Shown here: positions 37,401 to 52,100 of the stretch, one piece after another
Layout: each line of letters begins with the position of its first letter
Numbering within the stretch: position 1 is the stretch's first letter
Source: the human T2T-CHM13v2.0 reference genome, Homo sapiens
NCBI RefSeq assembly: GCF_009914755.1
Contig: NC_060934.1
Length of the DNA stretch: 64,000 bases
Direction: 5' to 3' (one strand)
Translations under genes and position numbers: made by a program
Notes under the pieces: generated by a model
Databases searched by the model: none
The model's input: only the letters and a program-made list of their open reading frames with translations
What the model was told of the DNA's origin: nothing

Positions 37401-37720
37401 GGGCAGGGCGCCGTGGCCCACGTCTGTAATCCCAGCACTTTGGGAGGCCGAGGCAGGCAGATCACTTGAGGTCAGGAGTTCAAGACCACCCTGACCAAGA
37501 GGTGAAACCCTCTCTCTACTAAAGATACACAATTAGCCAGGTATGGTGGCACATGCCTGTAATCCCAGCTACTCGGGAGGCTGAGGCAGGAGAATCACTT
37601 GAACCCAGGAGGCAGAGGTTTCAGTGAGCCAAAATCCTGCCACTTCACTCCAGCCTGGGCAACAAGAGTGAAACTCTATCTCAAAAAAAGAAAGAAAGAG
37701 AGAAAAGGATAAAAAAGAAA
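37401..37720 (+). mobile_element. AluS
   Basis: Full Alu; TSD about aaagtt(a/t)a(t/c)actgg. Confidence 0.9.
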
Positions 37721-39124
37721 GTTTACACTGGAAAGAAACATAGACTACCTCACCCTCCCTGCCCTCCCTCCCTCACCATGTCTCCCACCTTCCTTGCCCC
37801 AGAGACAGCCTGTAGAAGATCTAAGAATTAGAGGCAATATCTATTGAATGCACATTTTCTGCTCCCATTCCCCAATGTTTGCAATTATAATACTGTTTTT
37901 AATTTCACTACAGGCTACCTTAATAGTTTTAAGTAATGTAGTAGTCCTCTATTTGTTCATCAACTTTAGTGGGTTCATTCTTCCCTTCACAAAATGGGAA
38001 TATTGATACTCATTCCCTCCCTCTCAACTCTCCTCCCTTGACCTTCTGCAACTTCACTTTCATTTTACAGTACTAAGGTTGTTAACGTTTATATTCTCAG
38101 CTGTAACTACGACCAAGCCTTCCACTCTTTCTACTTAGGTTGACTTTAAGAGCTAAAAGCCAATAAGCAGTATTTACATTAATATGACTCTAAATATTTT
38201 TTACTGCAAAGCCAAATGTAATGCTAAGATTATATTTCCCTTTTTGCAAGTTCAGTGCCAATCCGTGGGCCACAGAGAGGAGCGTGATCCCTGTATCAAG
38301 GTGAAATGGGTTATCTTACACTCTACCAATTGTGTTAAAATCATTGCATATTTTATTTTGTTTCAGTTTGGGTTACAGTGACTTGTGGTCTCACGTGACT
38401 TTTATTTTGGGGGAGGTTTCAAATGGCCTTTTTTGAGCCTCCTGTACCGCTATTTCAAGATAAACTGTGCTCCAGGCTAAATCCATGGCTCTTGCCTGGA
38501 TTTCCCCTCACTGCCCTCTTAGATTGGACCCACTGTGCCCTCTTGCCCTCTTGAATGGGGTTCATCCTCTTTTTGGAATTCCTTCCTAATTTTTCTAGAA
38601 CATATCATCATGGCACTTCCTAAGGATTATGCTAGAGATAAGCCACCTGATTCCATGAATGCCTGAAAATGTCCTAATCTATTCGGTTTTCCAAGGAAAC
38701 AGAAATCACTGTAAGTATTTAAACTGGGGGACTTAAATGGAGAAAATCAGTTGCATAAATAATGGAAGAAATGAGAACCAAACAAGGGTGAAAGGCAACA
38801 CAGGCATTACAGACAGTGGACATTCACAGCCTTCCTTAGGCTTGAGGGACAAAGCAGGAGGCAATGTTAGCAGATCCCAGACATGGGCCAGGTCACCTAG
38901 AAGAAACTAGAGCCGCAAAGAAGACACAGCCACGGTCGGATTCGACTAGAGGCATGGGGATAGGAGACTCATACGCTGATTTCTTCATTCCTCCTGTATT
39001 TCATTGATTGAACCCGACCAGAAGCCAGTAAAACAGAGGCCTAGGAAATGCAGCACACATGACCAGTCCCCTGCAATGCAGAGAAGAGGAAGGGTGAGGA
39101 ATCATCCCAGAGAAAACAGGCTGA

Positions 39125-39230
39125 AAGGAAGAAACAGTTTTTCTCCTCCTACTCACACACTCAACACAGAATGCTTCTGTGACCAGATGTGTGGAGGGTT
39201 TTCTTCCCACACCAAATGTCCAGTAGACAC
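39125..39230 (-). mobile_element. MER21 LTR, left piece (continues at 56541)
   Basis: ctcaacacagaatgcttctgtgaccagatgtgtgg...cagtagacac joins caactgagtgtcctataattcaattc at 56545. Confidence 0.75.
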
Positions 39231-42008
39231 TGTAGGAGAGAAAACATTTTTTTCTTTCTCTTTTGGATTCTTAGCTGAGACACTCTCCTGAAAGTGTAGA
39301 AATCAGATTAACAAAAGAAAAACATGTAGAAATGTATTAACACATGTTGTACTCATCACACGGGAGAGGCCTCAGTTCAAGAGCATTTCTCTCACAAGGC
39401 AGTGGCTTGGCGCCATGCTTGAATAGCATTTTAACAAATAACCATAAATCTATATAGTGACTAGTCATAGTAGACAGCAGTTCCAGTCTTTTAAAAGGCA
39501 TTCAAATATGGGCAAATAGTAAAACCTGTTCCCAGATTCCCCTGGTGCTTGTGGGTCCTTCTCTGAGTTAATAAGCAAGTATTGTCTCCAGTAAGGAAAG
39601 ATTTATCCACTGGGCAAATAGAGGCTGGGACAGTGTTCCAACGCCTTTTCAGTGTCTTTAACTTAACAGTCTTCAATATTTGGGGGAGAAATATTTTAGT
39701 TTCCTTCAGACCCATTTTGAAACGTTACTTTCAGAAAGTTTTACATATGAAAATCTAAGTTGGTAGCTTTGGAGAGATTTGAGTTAGAGGTTTTGAGACA
39801 AGGGATTGGCAAGTAGGGAAAAAAACATGTAACCAGAAAAAAGAACAAGTTTGGGTACATTGTCCCATATCCTATTGAAATAATCTTTTAGTCCTGAGAA
39901 CAGTCAGATTCAGTTGAACAGCTGTGTCTAATTCCAGGAGGTGATGTTGTAGGTGGGTTTTCATCACATTAGTTTTCTATGTGGTATAGGCAAACAAACA
40001 TTTAGAAAGCAGTACTCCTATAGAAGCAAAAGAAAAACAAAGGTTAATGTCTGAAGCGGTCTACAAACTAGTCTGATTCTGGAGGGCAGTCAGCTGAGAA
40101 GATTTTTAGATTTGTGTTCAGAGTATCTTGTTGGAATGGAAGTAAACAAAGGTAATCTGACAGATTTTCTTGGATTGTAGTTTGTATGAGATGTTTCAGT
40201 GAACTTTCCATCTAAAAATAAATTATGTCATTTCTCTGAAGTTTATATCAAATTGTCTAACTTTAGCTTACATGGCTTTAGGAAAGGTGTAGTTTAAATT
40301 TCTAGTGATTTTTAAGACAGAAGAGTGGGAGAAAAATTAGAAATGCTAGTTTGGAGAGTTGTAGCCAAATATTGGAGAAAACTGAAAGTTCAGGATTTAG
40401 TCTAGATAATTAAACTCAAAAATGACAGGGCTAAAATCTAATGACAGATGTACTATAGTTTTCTTTTGAGTTATAACTTTTTACAATTATCCCCATTTTT
40501 ACTAAAGATATTTATAATAAGACTAATTTAATTGTAAAACAAGTTGTAGTCTTATTCTACTTGGCCTGATTATTTGTGTAAAGTGGAACAAGAGTAGTAA
40601 TTAGCTATCCAGGCTCTTTTTAAATCTGCTTTGCTGAAGCTTATCATAAGGAATCTCAGATAAGACCTTTAAAGGCCCCTCCAGGCTAGGAAGCCAAGCC
40701 ATGAATTCACCATTTGATTTTACCTGTAGTACCTGGGTTAATTTTTTTGAGGTCCCCAAAATATTCTGGGGTTCCTTGGCCTGTCAGAAAGTGACATTTT
40801 TACTTACCCCAAGGCTAGAAACCTTGAAAGGGAATCGTGGAAACAAGGTCTCAGGAGGGTTCTTCTAAGAGCTTCAATGGCTCTTTAAAGTTGGCCTTAA
40901 TTCCTTAAAGCAGTATGGTTATACTTGAAAATATGACATCCCAGTCAAAATGTTGGTAATGTAACCTGTGTTTCCAATTGTTCTGCAATGAAAAAAGCAA
41001 ATATTTATTGAACTTATGCAAATAACTATATTGTCATAAAACAAAAATATTCACAGATAATTTCTAAATTCTGGAGAGATCAGGTAGAAAGAAAGGTAAA
41101 TATTCTAAGTTTGTTCAAAAAGTATAATTTACCCAAATTTATAACTTTTTAAAATAGCTATAAATAGCTTTAAAAAATAAAAATAAGTTTCCTTGACTAT
41201 GGAAAACAAACCATAAAAGGAATCGACAATGATTTAAGCCAAAAAGAAGTCACTAAAAAAATCATTTTGGTCTTTTGTTGGTTAAGTCTCATGTAATTAA
41301 CTCTTGTTTTGCTCCACATTGGGTTAGTAATCTTTATGAAACCATTAGTTTCTTTCTGAAAGTTTTTACCTAGTCTAATGATATGATTTCTAAGCTTATT
41401 GAAAACTATCTTCAAGAGTACTTGCCATGACCCTTTCCTATGAATTTCCTTGAAGAAGAAGCAAATTTTAGAATGTAGCCAACTGTAAACTGCCTTTTGA
41501 GGAAAACAAAGTAAAACAATAATTGCCTGTAGATGAGAATAGACTTAGAATAGCTATAAAGATGCAATTGACAAGGAAATTTGGTTAATTCTGTGGCACA
41601 TAATTTAACTTAACAATCAGAATTATAACTGATAACATATACCAAGACATATCATAATTTTTTTGTTTTAGAAAACTCATACTTTTGTGTTTGGGAAAAC
41701 ATATTAATAACACATTTATGCAAATATAACTCAAAGAAAGTTAAACATTATTTGTATTTGACAATGTCTCCTGTACAATTTAACATACCAAATAATCCTA
41801 ATATGTCTCTTTTGACTTCAAAGGGCTCTTTTTTTGAATGTTCAAAAGTTAGTTTGAGGTCAAAAATATCTAATTTATAATTGGATATTTGATTTTAGGA
41901 AGCCTGTCAAATATATCAGAAGTTTAAAACACTTGATCAAAATAGGATTACAGGTTGCTGTGGAATAATAATCATTCATTTAGCCAAAGTGATAATTAAA
42001 AGGTTTCA

Positions 42009-42359
<351 letters not shown>

Positions 42360-42569
42360 TCAATTTTTTAAACAAAAGACCTAATGCAGACAGCATGAGG
42401 CAAACACTTCCCTCTTCTGTTTTTGCGGTTTACTCAAAAGGTGAACCTAACTTTTTTCTCATTAATATTATACATATATAAATCTTGTTCAAAAGAACCT
42501 AATTTCAGCTTTTTATCCGTATATTATTAAGTCTAATTTTAATAAAACCTTACAAACAAATTCATCTAA

Positions 42570-43202
<633 letters not shown>

Positions 43203-43589
43203 TAATGGACATTAACCAGACAAGATAAGATGTCTATCAACTTTCTATAACCTCTTATAAATTTTTGATTCTCTTTCTTTCTTTAACTTTTTATATCCAT
43301 GTAGTTTATTTATGTCATTTATATCTATTTTATTTATTTAACAATTATGTTTGAAAATTCGTATTACACAAATCTAGCTATCACCTCAAGTTAAATTTTT
43401 CATTAACCATTTGCATATGACTGCATGTTAGGCAAATATTATAAAATCAAGAACTTTAAAAGTTAAATACATGTATGTTTTGTTGATAACCCAGAAGACA
43501 TAATTATCCTTATTAACCCAACAATACTAATCTAATCTCATTTACCAAATAATTTACCTAAGTCATATGAACTTAAAAAATATTTGAGA

Positions 43590-43936
43590 TTTTTGTTTTT
43601 TTGTTTGTTTCTGGTGGGTTTTTTTGTTGTTGTTGTTTTCTTTTCTTTTCTTTTTTGAGACAGAGTCTTGCTCTGTAGTGCAGGCTGGAGTGCAGTGGTG
43701 CAATCTCAGCTCACTGCAACCTCTGCCTCCTGAGTTCAAACAATTCTCATGCCTCAGCCTCCCCAGTAACTAGGACTACAGGCACACACCGCCACACCTG
43801 GCTAATTCTTGTATTTTTCATAGAGATGGGATTTCACCATGTTGGCCAGGCTGGTCTCAAACTCCTGACCTCGTGATCCACCCGCCTCGGCCTCCCAAAG
43901 TGCTGGGATTAGAGGCGTGAGCCACCGTGCCCGGCC
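43590..43936 (-). mobile_element. AluS
   Basis: TSD aacttaaaaaatat on both sides. Confidence 0.9.
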
Positions 43937-43983
43937 AAACTTAAAAAATATCCGGGCCTATTTATTTAATTTATAATACTCAT

Positions 43984-44030
43984 TGTATTAGTCAGAGTTC
44001 TCTAGAGGGACAGAACTAACAGGAGACTTC

Positions 44031-44092
<62 letters not shown>

Positions 44093-44793
44093 TATGTCTA
44101 CACGTATGTATGTGTATACATATATTTGTATATTGTCTATATGGTACCAAATTAAGATAAATGAGTGCTTATCAATTAAAATAAGCCAAGATTTTTTTTA
44201 AGTTCAGCTGGGCATGGTGGCTCACTCCTGTAATCCAGCACTTTGGGAGGCCAAGGCACGCAGATCACTTGAGGTCAGGAGTTATATAAAGGGAGTGTTT
44301 ATTAAGGAGAATTGACTGACACAATCACAAGCTAAAGTCCCACAATAGGCTGTCTGCAAGTTGAGGAGCAAAGAACCCAGTGGTGGATCAGTCCAAGTCC
44401 CAAAACCTTAAAAGTAGGGAAGCCCATAGTGCAGCCTTCAGTCTGTGGCCAAAGGCCAGTGAGCCCCTGGCAAACCACTGGTGTAAGTCCAAGAGTCCAA
44501 AAGCTGAAGAACTTGGAGTCTGATGTTTGAGGGCAGGAAGCATCCAGCACCGGAGAAAGACGAAGGCCAGAAGACGCAGCAAGTCTATTCCTACCACGTT
44601 CTTCTGCCTGCATTATCCTCACCATGCTGGCAGCTGACTAGATGGTGCCCACCCAGATTAAGAGTGGGTCTGCCTCTCCCAGTCCACTGACTTAAATGTT
44701 TATCTCCTTTGGCAACATCCTCTCAGACACACCAGGAACAATACTTTGCATCCTTCAATCCAATCGAGTTGATGCTCAATATTAACCATCACA
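43984..44793 (-). mobile_element. MLT2A (HERV-L) solo LTR with internal (TG)n and an inverted insert
   Basis: tgtattagtcagagttctctagagggacagaac...caatattaaccatcaca. Confidence 0.88.
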
Positions 44794-45432
44794 CATATGT
44801 GTGTACCTAAAAGCCAACGAGGTCAAGGAGTTCAATGTAAAAGACAGTGGAGCTTTAGACCTAAGATAAATCTCTCCACTCACAACTCTTGGGATTCTAT
44901 GAGGAAAAACAGAAGTTCTCCTAAAAAAGAAGAGTCTGTGGAGCTCTTTCTGTTTTCTCAAGGGGTACCAGGGCTTTTAGAATCTTCTTTAGGTCCCCTC
45001 ATGTGGCACAGAGGGTGGCAAGAGGAAAGAGGGACAGACAGAAGTAAATGGAAGAACAAGTCTTTGAGGCAAAAATTATATTAACAAGAGGAGAAACAGA
45101 CAGAGGAAGCATATATGATTGGCAATGGTTTAAGAAGAAAGGAAGTTAGTCTACAGAGAAGCTTTTCTAGAGAGAGAACGGAGGCCTTAAGAATATATAT
45201 GTATGCATATATAGTCTAAGTATCAGCTTTTAATAAAGTCAACTTTTAACTATAGAGTTCCTTAAAAAGTCTTTTTATCAGATTTTAACTGGGCAAAGAG
45301 AAAACATTCCCATTTCTTAGCTTTTCCTTTCTTAAATTAACTCTTATTTTAAATTAGATCTCAGAAGGAATGCTGCTTAGCTAATTCCCTGGATGTTAAC
45401 ATTGCAAAGACATGGTAAGATTTACATCTCCA

Positions 45433-45746
<314 letters not shown>

Positions 45747-46597
45747 TTACATCTCCAAGGAACTGAGGGGGCTTTCTTTAAAAAAGAAAAAAAAATGCTT
45801 TTAGACACAAAAGCCTAAATTCCCAAGGAATACTTGATTTAATTGTGACTTAAAACCGGTAAGCTTTTTATGGCTTATAACCAGACACAACAATTATGTC
45901 CCCAAAGAGGGTGGAAAAATTCAGTCTCTTTCAAGATCTCAAGTTTTTCCAAAGATGGCCTAAGAAAGTAAAGACCCTCATTATTAGCAAGGCAATGAAG
46001 GTTGAGACAATTAAGACAAATTCCCAAGAGCCAGCACATTTGGACAGACATTTTGGTCCCCCAGCTGGACTCTCAGCTGGCTGCCTGACAGAAGGCCAGG
46101 AACTTATGCTGGCAGAGTGGCAGAGACTAGAGAATAAATTTGCTGGTTGCAAAGCCACACTTCTCAAGAAATAAAAGAAGACAAAAGAAGAATTTTATTA
46201 TGATTTTCCTCCTCATGACAAACCACACAAAGAGACAGAGACAAGGAAAACAAAGACCATAGTTAGAAAACTAAAAACCCCGATAACCAAGTGGTATTTG
46301 CCAGTTCTCCCAGGATTCTATCCATAGGTCCTGAATTGAGTGGAGTCGTTCCTGGACAAACAAGGTTTGGCTGCTTGTTCTCCTGGTCTAGTAACAAAAA
46401 GCAAACAGACTGGGTAAGAAGGGAGTTTATTTCTGCAACTGGTTACAGGGAGAAGATCAGGAAAACTCACCAGGCCAATTCAAAGTTACAGGTTTTGCTC
46501 CAATACTTATGTACATTTTAAGTTCTATGCCAACGTGTGGGAGTGCATTACAAGCAGGAGTGTTTCATTCAATCTACATCTAATCTTTAACTAGGGT

Positions 46598-47063
46598 TAA
46601 GGGAGGAGACCACCCCTCATATTTTCTTATACCCAATTTCTGCCTCCAAAGAAAGAAGAAGTAAAAACTAAAAGGCAGAAATGAAATAAATCCACAAGCA
46701 GACAGCCCAGCGCCACACCCTGGGCCTGGTAGTTGAAGATCGACCCCTGATCTAATTGGTTATGTTATCTGTAGATTACAGACATTGTATAGAAAAGCAC
46801 TGTGAAAATCCCTATCCTGTTTTGTTCCGATCTAATTACCAGTGCATGCAGCCCCCAGTCATGTACCCCCTGATTGCTCAATCGATCATGACACTCTCAA
46901 GTGGACCCCCTTAGGGTTGTGAGCCCTTAAAAGGGACAGGAATTGCTCACTCGGGGAGCTCGGCTCTTGAGACAGGAGTCTTGCCGATGCTCTGGGCCGA
47001 AAAAACCGCTTTCTTCTTTAATTCGGTGTCTGAGGGGTTTTGTCTGCGGCTTGTCCTGCTACA
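46598..47063 (+). repeat. HERV-E 5' LTR (LTR2)
   Basis: taagggaggagaccacccctc...tcctgctaca; about 39 substitutions and one 4-bp indel versus the 3' LTR by manual count (about 8%). Confidence 0.95.
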
Positions 47064-47068
47064 TTTCT

Positions 47069-47086
47069 TGGTTCCCTGACCTGGAA
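47069..47086 (+). promoter_or_regulatory. Primer binding site, tRNA-Glu
   Basis: TGGTTCCCTGACCTGGAA versus the tRNA-Glu complement TGGTTCCCTGACCGGGAA (17/18). Confidence 0.92.
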
Positions 47087-47326
47087 GCAAGGTGATTAAC
47101 GGAAGGTCGAGGCAGCCCCTTAGGCAGCTTAGGCCTGCCCTGTGGAGTATCCCTGTGGGGGACTCCAGCCAGCTTGAGCGACCGGGATCCTGAGCACGCT
47201 CCTGGGTAGGCAATTGCCCTGGTGGAATGCCTCGGCAGAGCAGCGCATGGCAGACCCCCGTGGAGGATCAACGCAGTGGCTGAACACTAGGAAGGAACAG
47301 GCACTTGGAGTCTGGACATCTGAAAC

Positions 47327-47335
47327 GTGGTAAGA
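47327..47335 (+). promoter_or_regulatory. HERV-E major splice donor
   Basis: GTG|GTAAGA in the leader upstream of gag. Confidence 0.6.
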
Positions 47336-47600
47336 CTAGTCTTTGGAACTTGCCCACTCCATTTGAGTGGAAACATGGCCTGATCACCCATGGCGTGCCT
47401 GTAACTGCACTTTGGTTTTTGTTTTTGACTTGACTTGGATTGCTTGATACTTTAGTTTTGGTTTTGACCTGGCTTGGATTTCTTGATACTCTGATTTTGG
47501 TTTTGATTCTGGTTTGGTGTAAACTGTAAAAGTGTGTGTGTGACCTTTTTACCCGTTCTTTGTTTTGTGGTGTCAGCGTGGTCTTTTGTGTCAATGAAAC

Positions 47601-49198
47601 ATGGGTCAGGCACAAAGTAAGCCCACCCCACTAGGAACTATGTTGAAAAATTTCAAAAAAGGATTTAAGGGAGACTATGGAGTCACCATGACACCAGGAA
47701 AACTTAGAACTTTGTGTGTGATAGACTGGCTAGCATTAGAGGTGGGTTGGCCATCAGAAGAAAGCCTGGACAGGTCCCTTGTCTCAAAAGTATGGCACAG
47801 GGTAACCTGTAAGCCAGGGTACCCAGATCACTTCCCCTATATAGATTCTTGGTTACAGCTAATTTTGGACCCCCCACGGTAATTAAGAGGACAGGCAGCA
47901 GCAGTACTAGTAGCAAAGGGACAGGTAGTTAAGGAAGGTTCTCGCTCCACCCGCCGAGGGAAGTCAGCACCAAAAGTCCTGTCTGACCCAACACCAGAAG
48001 AATCATGGCAGGAATTGGTACCAGCAGTACCCCCTCCTTATCAAGAGGAAGGGCTCCCCAACCCTGAGCCCACAGCACCTACACCTCCACCAGATAACCA
48101 CACCCCTAGACCACCCAGAGCAGACAAATGAGGAAGTGAAGCCGCGGGAGAAATTCCTCCCTTGGCAGCTCGCTTACAGCCCAAGACTGGAATCCAAATG
48201 CCCCTGAGAGAGCAGCGATATACTGGGGTAGATGAGGACGGACACGTGGTGGAAAGGCATGCCTTTGTGTGTCAACCTTTCACCTCTGCTGACCTCCTCA
48301 ATTGGAAAAATAATACTCCATCTTACACTGAAAGCCTCAAGCTTTAATTGACTTGCTCCAAACTATTATACAGACTCATAATCCTACTTGGGCTGATTGC
48401 CACCTGCTGCTTATGTGCCTCTTTAATACAGATGAAAGGTGAAGGGTGCTCTGGGTGGCAACTAAGTGGCTACAGGAGCACATCCCAGCCAATTACCAAA
48501 ACCCCCAAGAATATATAAGAATTCAGCTGCCAGGAACAGACCCCCAGTGGGACCCAAACGAGGGACAAGATATGGAGAGGCTTAGGCGGTACCATGAAGC
48601 ATTAATAGAAAGTCTAAAGAAAGGGGCTCAAAAGGCTACAAATGTAAATAAGGTCTCTGAGATCATCCAAGGAAAAGAGGAGAATCCGGCACAATTCTAT
48701 GAAAGACTGTGTGAGGCTTACCGTATATACACTCCTTTTGATCCAGATAGCCCTGAAAATCAGTGCATGATTAACATGGACTTAGTTAGTCAAAATGCAG
48801 AAGATATCAGGAGAAAATTGCAGAAACAGGCTGGGTTTGTGGGTATGAATACCTCACAGTTACTGGAAATAGCCAATCAAGCGTTTGTGAATAGAGATGC
48901 AACAAGCCCCAGAGAAAGCCGTAAGGAAGGCGAACACCAGGCTAGGCAAAACGCCGACTTACTGGCCATGGCCATTAGGGGAATTCCCCCAAAAGGAGAG
49001 GGAAAGGGGGGTTCCAGGAAGAATACCCAGTCTAATTGCCCACACTTGCAATGTAAGCAATGTGCCTATTGTAAGGAAATAGGACATTGAAAAGATTAGT
49101 GTCCCCAACTGAAGGAAAAGCAAGGTGATTCGGAACAAAAGACCTCAGATAAAGATGAGGGAGCTTTGTTCAATCTGGCTGAAGGGCTATTGGACTGA
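47601..49198 (+). pseudogene. gag: HERV-E gag (disrupted)
   Basis: MGQAQSKPTPLG myristoylation start, PPPY late motif, major homology region QGKEENPAQFYERL, zinc knuckle CAYCKEIGH; several stops and frameshifts. Confidence 0.92.
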
Positions 49199-52100
49199 AG
49201 GGAACTAGGCTTAAGCGCCCCCAAGGAGCCCACAGTCAGGATTACAATTGGGGGCAAGGACATTAAGTTTTTGGTCGATACTGGTGCTGAACATTCAGTA
49301 GTGACCACCCCGGTCATCCCCTTCTTTATCCAACAAAACCATTGATATAATCGGAGCAACAGGAGTTTCCACTAAGCAAGCTTTCTGTCTACCATGGACC
49401 TGCTCGGTGGGGGGACATGAGATAGTTCACCAGTTCTTATAAATGTCTGACTGTCCCTTGCTTGGAAGAGACTAGCTTAGCAAGCTGAGAGCCACCATCT
49501 CTTTACAAAACAGGGCTCTTTACAGCTAAAGTTACCAGGAACAGGAGTTATCATGGCCCTTACCATCCCCCGGGATGAAGAATGGAGACTTTTTCTAACC
49601 AAGCCAGGCCGCCAAGAGATAAAACCAGCTCTAGCTAAGCGATAGCCCCGAGTATGGGCAGAGGATAATCCTCAGGGACTGGAGATCAACCAAGCCCCCA
49701 TACTCATAGAAGTTAAGCCTGGGGCCCAACCAATTAGACAAAAGCAGTATCCGGTTCCCAGAGAAGCTCTCGAAGGAATCCAGGTTCATCTTAGGTGTTT
49801 GAAAGCCTATGGAATTATAGTTCCTTGACAGTCTCCATGGAACACCCCCCTCCTGCCTGTCCCTAAGCCAGGGACCAAGGACTACCGGCCAGTACAGGAC
49901 TTGTGCTTGGTCAACCAAGCTACAGTGACTCTGCACCCAACAGTTCCTAACCCTTACACATTGTTAGGGCTGCTGGCCAGCTGAGGACAGCTGGTTTACC
50001 TGTCTGGACTTAAAAGATGCCTTCTTTAGCATCAGACTAGTTCCTGAGAGCCAGAAGCTGTTTGCCTTTCAGTGGAAAGATCCGGAGTCAGGTGTCACTA
50101 CTCAGTACACTTGGACCCGGCTTCCCCGAGGGTTCAAGAACTCCCCTACTATCTTTGGGGAGGCCCTGGCTTGAGACCTGCAAAAGTTTCCTGCTAAAGA
50201 CCTAAGCTGCATCTTGCTCCTGTATGTGGACAAACTTCTGCTGGGACACTCCACGGCAGTCGGGTGTGCAAAAGGGATGGATGCCCTGCTGTGGCAGCTG
50301 GAAGACTGTAGGTGTAAGGTGTCCAAGAAGAAAACTCAGATCTGCAGACAGCAGGTACGCTACCTGGGATTCACTATTTGGAAAGGGGAGCGCAGCCTGA
50401 GGTCAGAAAGAAAGCAGGTCATCTGCAGCCTACTGGAAGCTAGAACCAGAAGGCAAGCAAGGGAATTCCTAGGAGCTGTGGGGTTTTGCAGATTATGGAT
50501 TCCAAACTTTGCAGTACTCACCAAACCTTTGTACGGGGTTACAAATGGGGGTGACCGGGAGCCTTTTGAATGGGGACCTCTACAACAGCAACCCTTTTGT
50601 AAGTTAAAGGAAAAACTTATGTCAGCCCCAGCCCTAGGACTACCAGATTTGACAAAGCCCTTTACACTCTATGTGTCAGAAAGAGAAAAAATGGCAGTTG
50701 GAGTTTTAACCCAGACTGTGAGGCCCTGGCCACCTATCTCTCCAAACAACTAGATGGGGTTTCCAAAGGCTGGCCACCATGTCTAAGGGCCTTGGCAACA
50801 ACAGCCCTGTTACCACAAGAAGCAGATAAACTAACTCTTGGGCAAAACCTGAATATAAAGGCCTCCCATGCTGTGGTAACTTTGATGAATACCAAAGGAC
50901 ATCATTGGCTAACAAATGCTAGATTAACCAAGTACCAAAGCTTGCTATGTGAAAATCCCCGCAGAACTATTGAAGTCTGTAACACCCTAAATCCTACCAC
51001 CCTGCTGCCAATATCAGAGAGCCTGGTCAAGCATAACTGTGTAGAGGTGTTGGACTCAGTCTATTCTAGCAGACTTGACCTTCAGGACCAGCCATGGGCA
51101 TCAGTAGACTGGGAGTTATACATGGATGGAAGCAGCTTCATCAATTCACAAGGAGAAAGATGTGCAGGATATGCGGTGGTAACTTTGGATGCTGTCATTG
51201 AAGCCAAACTGTTGCCACAGGGCACTTCAGCCCAGAGGGCTGAGCTCATTGCTTTAATTTGGGCTCTAGAACTCAGTGAAGGTAAGACTGTAAACATCTA
51301 CACTAACTCTCAATATGCCTTTCTATCCCTCCAAGTGCATGCAGCATTATATAAGGAAAAAGGCCTGTTAAACTCTGGAGGAAAGGACATAAAATATCAA
51401 CAAGAAATTCTACAATTATTAGAGACAGTGTGGAAACCTCAGAAGGTGGCAGTCAGGCACTGCAGGGGACACCAGGGAGCCTCCACCTCAGTGGCCTTAG
51501 GAAAGTCTTGAGCTGATCAGAAGCTTGAAAAGCAGCATCTACCCCTTACCAGGCATTGGTAGCAGCCCCCTTACTCCCTCAAACGCCTGACCTGGTACCT
51601 ACCTCTTCTAAGGAAGAAAAAGAATTCTTCCACACAGAAGGGGGGCAAGTAATAAAAGGAGGATGGATCAGACTGCCAGATGAGAGGGTAGCTGTGCTGC
51701 AGTTGCTGGGAGCCACAGTCATATTGGCCATGCATGAAACCACTCATCTAGGGCAAGTGTCACTTGAAAAATTGTTAGGCCAGTACTTCTACATCTCACA
51801 CTTGCTAGCCCCTGCCAAAGCAGTAGCACAACGGTGCATTACTTGCTGACAGCACAATGTGAGGCAAGGCCCCACTGTTCCACCCAGCATACAAGCTTAT
51901 GGAGCAGCTCCTTTTGAGGATCTTCAGGTGGATTTCACAGAAATGCTGAAATGTGGAGGTAACAAGTATTTGCTGGTTCTTGTGTGTACTTACTCTAGGT
52001 GGGTGGAGGCTTATCCAACACAAACTGAAAAGGCCTATGAGGTAACCCGTGTGCTTCTCCAAGATCTTATTCCTAGGTTTGGACTGCCCTTATGAATCGG

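Noticed and set aside
47069-47086. tRNA-like sequence as a tRNA gene
   Set aside because: Only 18 nt complementary to the tRNA 3' end, directly after an LTR; this is a primer binding site.
47411-47515. About 39-bp T-rich tandem repeat in the HERV-E leader
   Set aside because: It appears to be a normal feature of HERV-E leaders rather than locus-specific.
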